A stretch of 64,000 nucleotides of DNA, from assembly GCA_965249575.1 (NCBI GenBank), contig OZ252244.1, forward strand, positions 352,001-416,000, given 5' to 3'. This document shows positions 10,475 through 20,624 of the stretch, in pieces. Position 1 is the first letter of the stretch. Each line of letters begins with the position of its first letter. A program made the position numbers and the translations under genes. Source of the DNA: Gemmatimonadales bacterium (GTDB lineage Bacteria > Gemmatimonadota > Gemmatimonadetes > Gemmatimonadales > GWC2-71-9). The notes below the pieces were generated by a model, which ran no database searches, was not told the DNA's origin, and saw only the letters and a program-made list of their open reading frames with translations.

Positions 10475-10933
10475 ATGCATCATCACACCCTCATGGCGTT
10501 GTGCACCCTCCTGGTGACAGCATGCGGAGTTGAGGTCCGAGTCGACCAGGACGGCGACCCGACAGCGGACCGCCAGGTCGAGGAGGCCTTGAACGTCTCC
10601 TTCGATGCGTTCAGTTCCGGCGACTCCGCCGGCCTGTACGACATCACGACCGATGATTTCGCGTTGGTTGAATACGGGCGGTGGCCGATCAACACTCTCC
10701 TTAAGTGGATGCTGGGACGAGAGGAGGGTGCTGAAGCGCGGTTCGTAACGGGCAATCTCCTGACCCGCGTCTACGGCTCGCACGCGTACGTCGTCTACGA
10801 CAATCAGCTCACCGCAGTTAGTGCCGAGTCGGGTGACAGCAGCCGGTCCTTCCTCGAGAGCGCCCTCTTTCGCATTCAAGGAGGAAGTTGGAAGGTCGCC
10901 CTGATCCACTCGACCAGGATGGACTCGGAGTAG
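10475..10933 (+). CDS. NTF2/SnoaL-like (DUF4440-type) lipoprotein
   Basis: GAGGAAGG RBS, lipobox VTAC, C-terminal FLESALFR...GSWKVALIHST typical of NTF2-like proteins. Confidence 0.7.
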   Translation: MHHHTLMALCTLLVTACGVEVRVDQDGDPTADRQVEEALNVSFDAFSSGDSAGLYDITTDDFALVEYGRWPINTLLKWMLGREEGAEARFVTGNLLTRVYGSHAYVVYDNQLTAVSAESGDSSRSFLESALFRIQGGSWKVALIHSTRMDSE

Positions 10934-10981
10934 GAAGCTGAACGGAAACAGCGCGAGGGACTCGTTAGGACAGGTCTGCGA

Positions 10982-12217
10982 TCAAAAGCGTCCGGGATCG
11001 AATGGCTTCCGATCGATACTGGAGCGTCCTTCGAGGATCAGATCGGCGAGTAGGACGGCCGTAGCGGGGGCGAGCGTCACCCCGAGCATCGCGTGCCCCG
11101 TGGCGACATGGACGTTTGGGACAGATGGAAGCGGTCCGATGATTGGCAACCCATCGGGGGTGATCGGCCGCATGCCGACCCAATCCGTCCGCTCGGAGCC
11201 GCTCAACGCATTTGGGAGAAATGCTGCCGCCGATCGCTCGAGCGCGGCAATCCGCTTGTTGTCGAGCCGGAGGTTGAGTCCCGACAGCTCCATCGTGCCG
11301 GCAAGGCGGAGCGCCCCTTCGAACGGGGTCACCCCGATCTTGGCCTCCGCTAGGTACAGGGGCTGGCTGAGCTGCATCGGGGGATGCCGGACCGTGATGC
11401 TGTAGCCCTTGCCCGCCTGAACGGGGAGGCGGGCGCCGAAGCGAGAGGCCAGCTCACCGGACCAGGCACCTGCGGCGATTACGAACGCATCGCCCTCGAC
11501 CGGTCCGGCGGCGGTCGCGACTGCACGCACGACACCGCGCTCCCGAACCGGTCCACCGACCGACACCGCCTCCTTGATCTCAACACCCATCTCGCCGATC
11601 CGCGAGGCGAGCGCCGCGCAAAGCTTCTCTGGCCGCACGTGCCGCTCGCGTGGCATCAGGAATCCGCCAGCCATATCGCCCGCGAGCGCCGGCTCGCGCT
11701 CCCCGAGCTCCGAGCCGGAAAGGACCCGAGCGGGTTCATATCCGAACGGTTCCAAGCCGCGGAGATCGGCGAGGGTGTGTTCCATTTCGCGGCTGGTGCG
11801 AAAGACGAACAACACCCCGCGGCGCTCCATTTCGAATGGCTCGAGATCGCGTCCCAGGTCGTCGTACGTCGACAGGGTCACCTCGTTGAGAGCCGCAACC
11901 GCACGCAACCCCGATTCGTAGTCGGCTGTATTGCAGTACCGCCTGAACGCTAGGAGCCAGGAAAGCAACCGCGGAAGGACGGTCGGCTTGATATAGAGCG
12001 GGCTCTCGGAGCGGAGGAGCCAGCCGAGGGATTTTAGGGTGAGGCCCGGTGCGGGAAGTGGTGCGGACAGAGCCGGCGTAATCCAGCCGGCATTGCCGGC
12101 CGAGCAGGCTTGGCCAGCGCGCGATCGATCGACCAGGACCACGCTGGCCCCGCGCCGCCGGAGCTCATAGGCGCACTGAAGCCCAATGACGCCCGCACCG
12201 ATTACGACGATCCGCAC
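10982..12217 (-). CDS. FAD-dependent D-amino acid dehydrogenase (DadA-like)
   Basis: GAGVIG FAD motif, CSAGNAG, GKGYS, WVGMRPITPDGLPIIG, GHAMLGVTLAP. Confidence 0.88.
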   Translation of the reverse strand: MRIVVIGAGVIGLQCAYELRRRGASVVLVDRSRAGQACSAGNAGWITPALSAPLPAPGLTLKSLGWLLRSESPLYIKPTVLPRLLSWLLAFRRYCNTADYESGLRAVAALNEVTLSTYDDLGRDLEPFEMERRGVLFVFRTSREMEHTLADLRGLEPFGYEPARVLSGSELGEREPALAGDMAGGFLMPRERHVRPEKLCAALASRIGEMGVEIKEAVSVGGPVRERGVVRAVATAAGPVEGDAFVIAAGAWSGELASRFGARLPVQAGKGYSITVRHPPMQLSQPLYLAEAKIGVTPFEGALRLAGTMELSGLNLRLDNKRIAALERSAAAFLPNALSGSERTDWVGMRPITPDGLPIIGPLPSVPNVHVATGHAMLGVTLAPATAVLLADLILEGRSSIDRKPFDPGRF

Positions 12218-12232
12218 GTGCTGACTCGATCT

Positions 12233-13312
12233 CTAGAGGCCTTCGAACGCCTTAACCGCCGAGCCCCTCCGCCTGGCCGAGACGCGTTCCTCGGCCAGGC
12301 AATCGGCGGCTTCCGCGGTGCTAATACCTCGCTCGTCGGCCGTCGCGATCACTCTGAGGGTCTGATCGTAGATCTTGGAGACCCGCTCCAGGACCGCCTC
12401 CTCGTTCACCTCTCCCAGCACCTCCGCCTGGCAACGGATCAGCCCTCCCGAATTCACGAGGTAGTCCGGCGCGTAGATAATGCCCCGCCCCACCAGGGCG
12501 TCGGCGTGCCGCGGCTCAGCCAACACGTTGTTGGCGGCACCGGCAATGCCCTTGCAGCGGAGTCGCGGGATCGTCTCGTCGTTGACCACGGCGCCTACCG
12601 AGCACGGGGAGAACACGTCACACTCCACCGCGAAGATCTCACGCGGGTCGACTACATCCGCTCCGAACTCCGTGCTGGCGCGCGTTGCAGCTTCGCCGGA
12701 CACGTCCGCCACAGTGAGTCTCGCCCCGCCCTCGTGGCAGTACTTGGCCACGTGGTATCCGACATGGCCGACTCCATGGATGGCGATCCGCCGGTTCGAA
12801 AGCGTATCGCTGCCGAGGGCGGCCTCGAGTATCGCTCGGATACCCATCGTGACGCCATACGCGGTCGCGAACGACGGGTCCCCAGGCCCTCCCGCCTTAT
12901 CGTGCACGCACGATACGAACGGCGTCTCCGCCCGAAGCGCCGCCATGTCCTCGGACGACGTTCCGATGTCCTGGCCGGCGATGTACTCCCCGCCGAGGGA
13001 ATCCACGAAGCGGCCCATGGCACAGAGGAGCGCCTCGGTCTTTTGAGTCGTGGGATCGCCGATGATCACCGACTTACCCCCACCGAGATCGACTCCACTG
13101 ATGGCGGCCTTGTAGGTCATGCCCCGGGCCAGACGCAGGACGTCCTCGAGCGCCTCAGCCTCCGTGTCGTACGGCCGCATCCGCACCCCGCCGAGTGCCG
13201 GGCCCAGCGTCGTATCGTGTATGGCTATGATTGCCTTGAGGCCGGAGGCGTTGTCGTTACAGAAGACCACCTTCCGATAATCGTACCGGCCCAGTTGCTC
13301 GAAAACGCGCAT
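12233..13312 (-). CDS. Glu/Leu/Phe/Val dehydrogenase (leucine dehydrogenase-like)
   Basis: GLKAIIAIHDTTLGPALGG, GMTYKAA, GGGKSV, GVGHVG, AGAANN; GGAGGGG RBS before ATG 13312. Confidence 0.92.
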   Translation of the reverse strand: MRVFEQLGRYDYRKVVFCNDNASGLKAIIAIHDTTLGPALGGVRMRPYDTEAEALEDVLRLARGMTYKAAISGVDLGGGKSVIIGDPTTQKTEALLCAMGRFVDSLGGEYIAGQDIGTSSEDMAALRAETPFVSCVHDKAGGPGDPSFATAYGVTMGIRAILEAALGSDTLSNRRIAIHGVGHVGYHVAKYCHEGGARLTVADVSGEAATRASTEFGADVVDPREIFAVECDVFSPCSVGAVVNDETIPRLRCKGIAGAANNVLAEPRHADALVGRGIIYAPDYLVNSGGLIRCQAEVLGEVNEEAVLERVSKIYDQTLRVIATADERGISTAEAADCLAEERVSARRRGSAVKAFEGL

Positions 13313-13444
13313 CCCCCCTCCTGAATGGCCGTGCAAACTATGGGCAGGCTCGTCATCCTCAGCAAGAGAGCGAACGTCCGAGAGTCGCGCGCTCACGTGC
13401 GCGGCCCGTGTGCACGGGCGGCAACGTCTAACGCGACCCCATCG

Positions 13445-13990
13445 TCACGTACCGCTCGAGACGGGCGGAGACTCGATCTCCGCTTCGAACACCGTGGCGC
13501 CGTTGGGAAGGATCAAGCGGTCCAGCTCGACGCGCCCGCCACGCTTCAAGTGCACGATGTGCCGCTCATTGCGCATCCAACCGACCCGATCGAGGGACTC
13601 GATGCCGAGCTGCATCATTTCGATCTTCAACTCGTGCGGCAGATCCCGCGCTACATCTAAGTGCCGCCGGGCACGGGGGAGAGAACGGGCAATTGGCCGT
13701 CCCCTGGTCAGCAGCACTTCCACCTCTCTCGCCGTGCGCCGCGCGCCGTGTTGCTCGACCGTCAGCTTCAACGTCGCTGTGGGCGTCCCCGACCCCGACC
13801 GTATCCTGAAGGTAGCCGCCCGATCGGCAAGCGCCCAATCTCGGTCGAAGTAGACGTTCAGCTGCAGGCACACCTCGACACGGCCGGCCGACTTCAGCCT
13901 CTCAAAACCAGCCTCGTCCAGTTCGAACTTCGTCTCGACCTCAAGATTGGCCACCACGTTACCAACCGCGTTCGCGTTGCACGGGATCAT
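13445..13990 (-). CDS. CYTH-domain (triphosphate tunnel) protein
   Basis: EVETKF (ExExK), QLNVYFD, FRIR, TLK, VELD, FEAEIE motifs; start probably GTG near 13957. Confidence 0.75.
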   Translation of the reverse strand: MIPCNANAVGNVVANLEVETKFELDEAGFERLKSAGRVEVCLQLNVYFDRDWALADRAATFRIRSGSGTPTATLKLTVEQHGARRTAREVEVLLTRGRPIARSLPRARRHLDVARDLPHELKIEMMQLGIESLDRVGWMRNERHIVHLKRGGRVELDRLILPNGATVFEAEIESPPVSSGT

Positions 13991-14127
13991 TGCCTACGAG
14001 ATAGTCCGGTTGACTTACCACCCTGAGCCGGGTGTTGACGGCGGGGGAACCCATAGAGCAGCCGCATCCACCCCGGTGAATATACCCAGCGGCCCTCGAC
14101 AGGTTGGCCCGTCAACTCTCGCATACA

Positions 14128-16128
14128 TCAAATTTTGTTGGTGTGTTTTGTCGCTCCAAAGATCTCGACCGCCCGGGTGAGCGCGTCCGGCTCCCCCACC
14201 AACACGACGGCGTCCCGTGGCGCGAATACGAACTCCGGGTCGGGAGTGTAGTACGGCCGGCCGTTTCGCACCGCGGCGACGACCACCGCGCCGGTTCGGG
14301 CTCGAAGGCGCAGTGAGGTCGGGTTCTCCCCTACCGCGGCCGACCCTTCTGCCACATCCACGATCTTGACGGCGTCGTGGAGCTTGAGGTAGCGGAACGG
14401 ATCGATCCGGATGTCGGGCTGCGCCTCGCCACGGAGCAGGCCGTAGTGTTCGCTCCGCACCGCTTCGACCTCCGCGTGGATGGTCTCCGACGGCACCTCA
14501 TAGTGTTCGAGTACCTTCGCGAACAGCTCGAGGGCGGCCTCGAACTCCTCCACCACAACATCTGTCGCGCCCAGTTGTTCCAGATCGTCGATCGCGGTCA
14601 CGAATCGGGTGCGGACGATGACGTGCAGCGCAGGGTTGAGATACCGGGCGACCGACACGCCACGACGCTCATCCCCGGGCGAGGAGATGCTGTAGACGAT
14701 GACACGGGCGCGGGTGATGCCCACTCGCTCGAGCACCTCCCGCTGCGTTCCGTCGCCGAAAAACATGGGCTCTCCACTCCTACGCCCCGCCCGCACCGCT
14801 TGGCCATTCTGTTCGAGGATGATGTAGGGAAAGCCCGCCGCCTTGAGGACCCGGGACAACGAGCGCCCGGCCAAGCCCCACCCCACAATGATCGCGTGGC
14901 CTGTCAGGCCCGAGACCCGTTTCTTCTCATGCGGCAGGACCTCGAGAGCCGAGCGACCGAGGAATCTGGAAACCCCCGCCGCGACCGGCCGGGAAACGCT
15001 GATGAGCAGCGGTGCCGCAAGCATGGAAAGGACCGAGGCACCTAGAAACAGCTGATTCGTGCGCTCGTCCAGAATCCCGTACGGCGCGGCGGCGTTGGCC
15101 AACACGAACGAGAACTCCCCCACCTGCGCGAGGCCCAGGCCCGTGAGCAGGCTCACTTCGAGTGATCGCCGCGTGGTTCGGACGACGCCGGTGGTCACCA
15201 CGACCTTTATGACCGCGATGGCCACGGCGCCTCCAAGCACCACCGGCGCGTTGACGGCGACGAAGTTGACGTCCAGCAGCATCCCCACCGACATGAAGAA
15301 GATCCCGCTAAACGTGTCCCGAAACGGAAGGACGTCGGAGAGCGCGTGCAGACCATACTCTGACTCCGAGATCACGAGGCCAGCCATGAAGGCCCCGATC
15401 TCGAGCGAGAGACCGAGCAACGAGGCAATGTAGGCGGCGGAGAGCCCAAACAATCCGATGCAGAGCGTGAAGAGCTCCCGATTGCGCAGCCCCACGATGC
15501 GCTCTAGCACGGCCGGCACGATCCAGCGACCCGCGGCGACCACTGCCACCAGGGAGACGACACTTCCGAACACGCTGGTCAGTGTGCGGACCACCCCCTC
15601 GCCCGCCGTCGAGCCGCCGAGGAGGGGAACCAGCACGATGAGGAGCACGACGGCGAGATCCTGAAACAGGAGAATCGCGAGTGCCACACGGCCGTGCGGC
15701 GTATCCAGCTCCCCGCGGTCAGCGTAGAGCTTGAGGACGATCGCCGTTGAGCTCAGCGCCACGAGCGCTCCCAGCAGCAGGGCCTCGTTGAGCCCCCCAC
15801 CAAGCCACACGGACAACAGCGCTACGATCGCGACAGTCATAAAGACCTGTAACGAGCCGGCCTGGACTACCAAGCGCCCGATCTTGATGATGCGCGACAG
15901 CGAGAGTTCGAGGCCGATCGCGAATAGCAACAGCACGACGCCCAGATCGGCCAGGCCGTCGACCGCCGTCACCTCGGGGATGAGCCCAATCGCATGCGGG
16001 CCGACCGCGATCCCCGTCAACAAGAAGCCCACCACCGTGGGGACCTTGAAGTACTGCGCCACCCCGACCACAGGGATTGCCACCGCTACGAGAATGACGA
16101 GATCGCGAAGGAGACTCAGGTCATGCAT
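14128..16128 (-). CDS. Monovalent cation:proton antiporter-2 (CPA2, KefB/YbaL-like) with TrkA-N and TrkA-C domains
   Basis: LLFAIGLE, LSSTAIV, LLFQD, LAQVGEFSFV motifs; GWGLAG Rossmann-like RCK domain; C-terminal TrkA-C. Confidence 0.92.
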   Translation of the reverse strand: MHDLSLLRDLVILVAVAIPVVGVAQYFKVPTVVGFLLTGIAVGPHAIGLIPEVTAVDGLADLGVVLLLFAIGLELSLSRIIKIGRLVVQAGSLQVFMTVAIVALLSVWLGGGLNEALLLGALVALSSTAIVLKLYADRGELDTPHGRVALAILLFQDLAVVLLIVLVPLLGGSTAGEGVVRTLTSVFGSVVSLVAVVAAGRWIVPAVLERIVGLRNRELFTLCIGLFGLSAAYIASLLGLSLEIGAFMAGLVISESEYGLHALSDVLPFRDTFSGIFFMSVGMLLDVNFVAVNAPVVLGGAVAIAVIKVVVTTGVVRTTRRSLEVSLLTGLGLAQVGEFSFVLANAAAPYGILDERTNQLFLGASVLSMLAAPLLISVSRPVAAGVSRFLGRSALEVLPHEKKRVSGLTGHAIIVGWGLAGRSLSRVLKAAGFPYIILEQNGQAVRAGRRSGEPMFFGDGTQREVLERVGITRARVIVYSISSPGDERRGVSVARYLNPALHVIVRTRFVTAIDDLEQLGATDVVVEEFEAALELFAKVLEHYEVPSETIHAEVEAVRSEHYGLLRGEAQPDIRIDPFRYLKLHDAVKIVDVAEGSAAVGENPTSLRLRARTGAVVVAAVRNGRPYYTPDPEFVFAPRDAVVLVGEPDALTRAVEIFGATKHTNKI

Positions 16129-16396
16129 AGTCGAAATCGGACCGGCCGGCCGGCGGATGGGGGCACATCCAGATTAAGGAGAGGACGACCCCTAGCAGCT
16201 TCCGAGCATCGATTCGCATTGCGGCCACCCCCGCCCCCAGTCAATGGCGAAAATCTAACCGCCCGCCGCAAGAAACCCGCGTCCCCACCGCTCCGGCGAT
16301 CGCGTCGCTCCGAGCCCTATCCAACTGGAATGGCTCGAGTTAGCGCGCCGAGCCACAGCCGGTGGCCCGAGGCCATGCGCGGGGAATCACCTCAAG

Positions 16397-16412
16397 TGTG
16401 ACGAACCTCACG
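16397..16412. promoter_or_regulatory. Putative CRP/FNR-family operator
   Basis: TGTGA-cgaacc-TCACG, one mismatch to TGTGA-N6-TCACA, in the divergent spacer about 80 bp upstream of the porin-family gene. Confidence 0.35.
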
Positions 16413-16491
16413 CCGATAATCCACAGGAATCCGGAAATTCTCCACCCCACTCCAATCCAACGCTTGGCCAACACGGAAGCCAGGAGGCACA

Positions 16492-17115
16492 ATGAGACAC
16501 CTGTACGCACGCATCACCACCCTAGGAGTGGTCGCGGTGCTCGCCACCGGGATCACGCCCGGCCGTGCCCATGCTCAGCTCATGCCAAAGTTCGGGATCA
16601 TGGCGGGCGGCAACGTCGAAGCCCTGGCCGACCTCGACGGTGCGACCACGCTCAACGCGGTCTTTGGTGTGTCCAGCGGCTATCACTTCGGCGCCTTTGC
16701 CGATATCGGAACGCCCATCGTCGGCATTCGCCCAGCCGCTATCTACCTCAATGCAGGATCGCTGTTCGCCGGCGCCACTTTCCTATCGGTGGACAATTTC
16801 AAGGTCAGTTACCTCACCTTCCCGATCGACGTGCAGCTCAACGCCATTCCCGTGCTGTACCTCTTCGCGGGTCCAGAGTTTCAGGTCATGGTGTCGAGCG
16901 GCGCTCCGAGCGAGTTCGAGAGTAGCATCAAGTCCTTCACCGCCAAGGGTGGGGTCGGACTGGGATTCGATTTCGGGCCGGTGTTCATCGAGAGCCGCTA
17001 CTTGTTCAGCCTGACCAAGCTCACAGAATCGACATATCAGATCGGGGCCATCACGGTAACTGGCGCCGATCAGGCGAGCAGTGCAGTTCGATTCAGTCTC
17101 GGCGTCTCCTTCTAG
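16492..17115 (+). CDS. Outer-membrane beta-barrel (porin/PorT-like) protein
   Basis: AGGAGG RBS, signal peptide AHA-Q, beta-strand pattern, C-terminal SLGVSF (terminal Phe). Confidence 0.82.
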   Translation: MRHLYARITTLGVVAVLATGITPGRAHAQLMPKFGIMAGGNVEALADLDGATTLNAVFGVSSGYHFGAFADIGTPIVGIRPAAIYLNAGSLFAGATFLSVDNFKVSYLTFPIDVQLNAIPVLYLFAGPEFQVMVSSGAPSEFESSIKSFTAKGGVGLGFDFGPVFIESRYLFSLTKLTESTYQIGAITVTGADQASSAVRFSLGVSF

Positions 17116-17137
17116 CCACTTCGGTATTCTCCGCACG

Positions 17138-17174
17138 ACGAAGGGGGCGCCCCGGAAGGGCGCCCCCTTCGTTT
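17138..17174 (+). terminator. Intrinsic terminator-like hairpin
   Basis: Perfect 15-bp stem acgaagggggcgccc / gggcgcccccttcgt with a 5-nt loop and a short T tail, 22 bp after the porin stop. Confidence 0.75.
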
Positions 17175-17299
17175 GGAGAGCAGAGGGTCGCGAAATACCT
17201 GTTGCCGGCAACCGGCCGAGGGCAGACCCCTTTTTATTCCGTCGATGCCATGACAAACTTCGGGGCGACCTCGATAGCGTCCACCCATTCTCCACCGCT

Positions 17300-17710
17300 A
17301 TGACCGAAGATCTCCAACAAGAAGGCGCGCCACGCGAGGCCAGAATCGTCGGATGGGCGCGTGTCTACCCGGCGCTCAGGCCCTCGATCTCGAGGAGCTT
17401 ACGCCGCGGAGCCTGGTATCCGATCGTCGACGATACCCTGCCAGACCGCGTGTCGGTCCTGATGGGGCGTCGCCCGGTCGACGTCCCGCGCCGTCTGCTC
17501 AAGATCCGGCGTGCCCGTCCTCAATACTTCACGGTGGTCAGCCGCGTCGGCTATCAGCGCGACGGGAAGCGCGAGTCACTCTACAACCTGGGGAAGCAGT
17601 ATGCCGTCTGCCCCATCTGCTCGCACCGGAACGCGATATGGGGCCGCCCGGTGACCAAACAGTGTTCCGAATGCGCCTACGAAGGGGAGGTGGGTTGGTG
17701 GGAAGAATGA
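17300..17710 (+). CDS. Hypothetical protein with C-terminal zinc ribbon
   Basis: CPIC...CSEC pair near the C-terminus; coding-like composition from ATG 17300. Confidence 0.6.
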   Translation: MTEDLQQEGAPREARIVGWARVYPALRPSISRSLRRGAWYPIVDDTLPDRVSVLMGRRPVDVPRRLLKIRRARPQYFTVVSRVGYQRDGKRESLYNLGKQYAVCPICSHRNAIWGRPVTKQCSECAYEGEVGWWEE

Positions 17711-17758
17711 CGATGAGACGGGGGGATTTCGAGCGGGTAAGATATCCGAAGCGACTCG

Positions 17759-18367
17759 CTAGCCCGCGGCCGACAGCGACCGCGTCTCGCCGAGATCGAT
17801 CCACAGATGGGAAACCCCACCTCGCCCGTTAGCGAAGATCGCCAGCTCGCGAATGCGGTACAGGTTAGACCACCGCATCATGCGTCCCTTCTCGGTCGCG
17901 GAAGGGTTGCACGGCTTCGATCCAAGTTTTGCCAACGCCTCACGCCCGAACGGAATGTCCCGGCCGTCCCGGAGAAGAATCCAGCACGCCCTGCCCCGTA
18001 CGAAGATGATCTCGACGGCCCCACCCAGAAAGGCGTGCTTGGGATGGCCGTGCACCTCTGCGACCGCCTCATTGAAATCTCCGAGCACGTCACGGACGGT
18101 CGCCAGCGACTTGTGCGCGATGGCGGGCACGTTCAGCAGGAGATTGCCCAAGCTGGGGGTGATCCGAGGCGCCCTCGAAGGACTGGACAGGCGCTCGGCT
18201 GGAGCCGCCAGCTCGGTTTCCTGGTTCAGCCACTTACCTATGGACTGTACGAACTTTCCGCTGGGCCGATCGAACACGAAACCTCCCGCCGAGACCACGC
18301 CAGTGTCGGCAAATCGAGCAAACCGTTGGCCAACTGCGCCGTTATGTACGACGGATCCCTCCGCCAC
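17759..18367 (-). CDS. Hypothetical protein
   Basis: Longest plausible ORF in the interval; no recognisable motif. Confidence 0.35.
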   Translation of the reverse strand: MAEGSVVHNGAVGQRFARFADTGVVSAGGFVFDRPSGKFVQSIGKWLNQETELAAPAERLSSPSRAPRITPSLGNLLLNVPAIAHKSLATVRDVLGDFNEAVAEVHGHPKHAFLGGAVEIIFVRGRACWILLRDGRDIPFGREALAKLGSKPCNPSATEKGRMMRWSNLYRIRELAIFANGRGGVSHLWIDLGETRSLSAAG

Positions 18368-18613
18368 GACCGGTGGAAAAGCAGAATCCGTACCACACGT
18401 AAGATGTTCTGTAACAGACAGATATATATCTTTGCCAAGCGCACGCTCGGTAAAGGTGTGGCGCCCGAGCGGCGGTTGTGTGGCCCCTGGGCCTCGCCGG
18501 CCCAGTTAGAGATTCCCCTTCGATCTCCGGGGATGCAGGCCGCACATCACTTCACTGAAAAGGGGGGCGGGCCCTGCGGACCCACCCCTTAGATGAACTA
18601 TCGGCGCCCCGAG

Positions 18614-20233
18614 CTATTCCGAGATTCGACCTGCGGCCGCCAACGTGGGCTGAGCCGGCGGAGCCGGCAGGCCGATCGACTCGAGGTCCAGCGGATAGTC
18701 GTCGAATGGATTGAGCGGAGGCACAACCGGTGCATCCGCGCCACCCGGCATCTGAGGCTGGGGATCGGGATGGGGCATCGTCTTCCACTCGTCGCTGAAT
18801 TCCCGGCGGGGATTGAACAAGTTGTTTCGACCGATAATGCCGAAAAGGTAGGCATTCGCGTCGCCCACCACCGGTAGACGCACGCCGTCGCAGCCCTGGA
18901 GAATCTCCAACCCCCACGGAACGGTGGTCCGATACAAGTTTCCGGAGAAGCAGTTGCCGAGGTTCCCGAGGCCGCTCATCCTGATATCTGACCGCCCGGA
19001 GGCGAGGATCACGTTGTCTCGAATGATGTTGCCGGTCGAGGGATAGTAGTTTCGGTCCCTCGTTGCCGACACGTGGATGCCTTCACGCCCGTGACCGCTA
19101 ATGTAGTTCCGCATCACCACGTTGTCGTTTCCACCGACGATGCGGATTCCACTGCCGCGATTGTCGTGGATCAGGTTGCCGATGATGGTCGTCTCCCGCT
19201 CCGGCGGGTTCGGCTCGACGTCGAACGTGTTGGGGGCAACGCCCCCGCCGTTGTGCCGAAAGATCGAGTTGATGATGTAGAGCTCACCGCCCGAATTGGT
19301 TCCTGAATACCCGCCCCCGATGTTGCCCTCGGCGATGACCTGATCGAGAATGGTCCGGCACGGGTAACAGCCGCCAACGTAGTACCCGGCATCTGGAGAT
19401 CCCGTGGCCATTGAGTGGTCGAGCACCCCATCGTAGGATTCGAAGGTGTAGATGCCATAGTCACCGTTGTTGATCACGGTGACATACGAGCCCCGGTACC
19501 CCGTGACCCCCGTCCAAAACAGCCCGTTCAGCGTGTAGTTGCGGGCCGTGAGGTTCTCGATCGCGACACCGTTGGCGAAGACCGTGATGCCGTTGCTCTG
19601 CTGATACTGCCCGTCCAGCACGACCGCGTTTCGATCCGTGCCGCGGATCGTGAGCGACGGCGTGGTGACCTGCACCTCTTCGTAGTAGACCCCGTCCGAG
19701 ATCAGCACGAGATCCCCGGGGTCGGCCGCGTCGACCGCTGTCTGAACGTCCGGGAAATCCTGGGGGACTCTCCGGGTGACCCCCGTCGCTTCCTCGACGG
19801 GCTCGATCTTGCCCGCGTCCGCCATTTCAGGGGTGTACTCGACGTCGCCGACGACTACCGTTCCGACCATCCCACTACTCCCGTCGGCCGTCCCGTGGAA
19901 CGAGCAGTAGTATTGATAGACGCCCGGTTCGTCGAACTTCACGTCCACCCACTCACCGACCCGCATCTCGACGCGTTTCGTGACGTCTTCGGTCGACCAG
20001 GAGCCGTCAATCGAGATCGCGTTGTGCACGATGCCGCCCCAGTTGCGGAAGTGCACGTGCCCGCCCGCCGGAACGTGGATCACCTCCGGCGAAAAGTTGT
20101 TGTCCGCCATGGTCACGAACGTACTGCCGGAGAGGTCCTCGCCCCCACATCCGGGGAAGACTAGCAAGAACGCCAAAGGCGCAGCGCACACCAGAGACTG
20201 GGTGCGCTTCGAGACCGGCCCGAGTTTTCTCAT
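18614..20233 (-). CDS. Lipoprotein: cupredoxin (type-1 Cu) domain plus right-handed beta-helix domain
   Basis: Lipobox FPGC; VHNA...YYCSFHG...GMVG (His/Cys/His/Met Cu ligands); VPQDFPDVQTAVDAA followed by Asn/Gly-rich beta-helix repeats. Confidence 0.82.
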   Translation of the reverse strand: MRKLGPVSKRTQSLVCAAPLAFLLVFPGCGGEDLSGSTFVTMADNNFSPEVIHVPAGGHVHFRNWGGIVHNAISIDGSWSTEDVTKRVEMRVGEWVDVKFDEPGVYQYYCSFHGTADGSSGMVGTVVVGDVEYTPEMADAGKIEPVEEATGVTRRVPQDFPDVQTAVDAADPGDLVLISDGVYYEEVQVTTPSLTIRGTDRNAVVLDGQYQQSNGITVFANGVAIENLTARNYTLNGLFWTGVTGYRGSYVTVINNGDYGIYTFESYDGVLDHSMATGSPDAGYYVGGCYPCRTILDQVIAEGNIGGGYSGTNSGGELYIINSIFRHNGGGVAPNTFDVEPNPPERETTIIGNLIHDNRGSGIRIVGGNDNVVMRNYISGHGREGIHVSATRDRNYYPSTGNIIRDNVILASGRSDIRMSGLGNLGNCFSGNLYRTTVPWGLEILQGCDGVRLPVVGDANAYLFGIIGRNNLFNPRREFSDEWKTMPHPDPQPQMPGGADAPVVPPLNPFDDYPLDLESIGLPAPPAQPTLAAAGRISE

Positions 20234-20624
20234 GGATGCCTCGCCGTGTGGGTGATCCCTAACCCACTTCTATTAGGGCCAAGGATCGGCGGTGTCAAGC
20301 GTTGGGCGCCTCGATGGGACCACCGCGGTATTCGTGACGCCGCGCACAATCGCCTGTACCCACGCAATGGCGCTGCACGACGGTCCCGTAAATCGCGGCG
20401 CACGTGCCGCGGCGAGTTGGGAACCGGGACGCGGACGTACCGGCGGCCCACTGCACGCGATCCCTAGTCCCTGTGAAATCAAGAGCTTACCGGGGGGCCC
20501 CGATACACTTTTTTCGGCTGGAGAAGCCGCGGCGAGCGGCACGGAACGTGCCTCTTTCCTTTTGGGCTGTGGTCGTGACTCGGTGAGTGACACGGCTGTA
20601 GAAAACGTAGCAAGGACAGCTACA

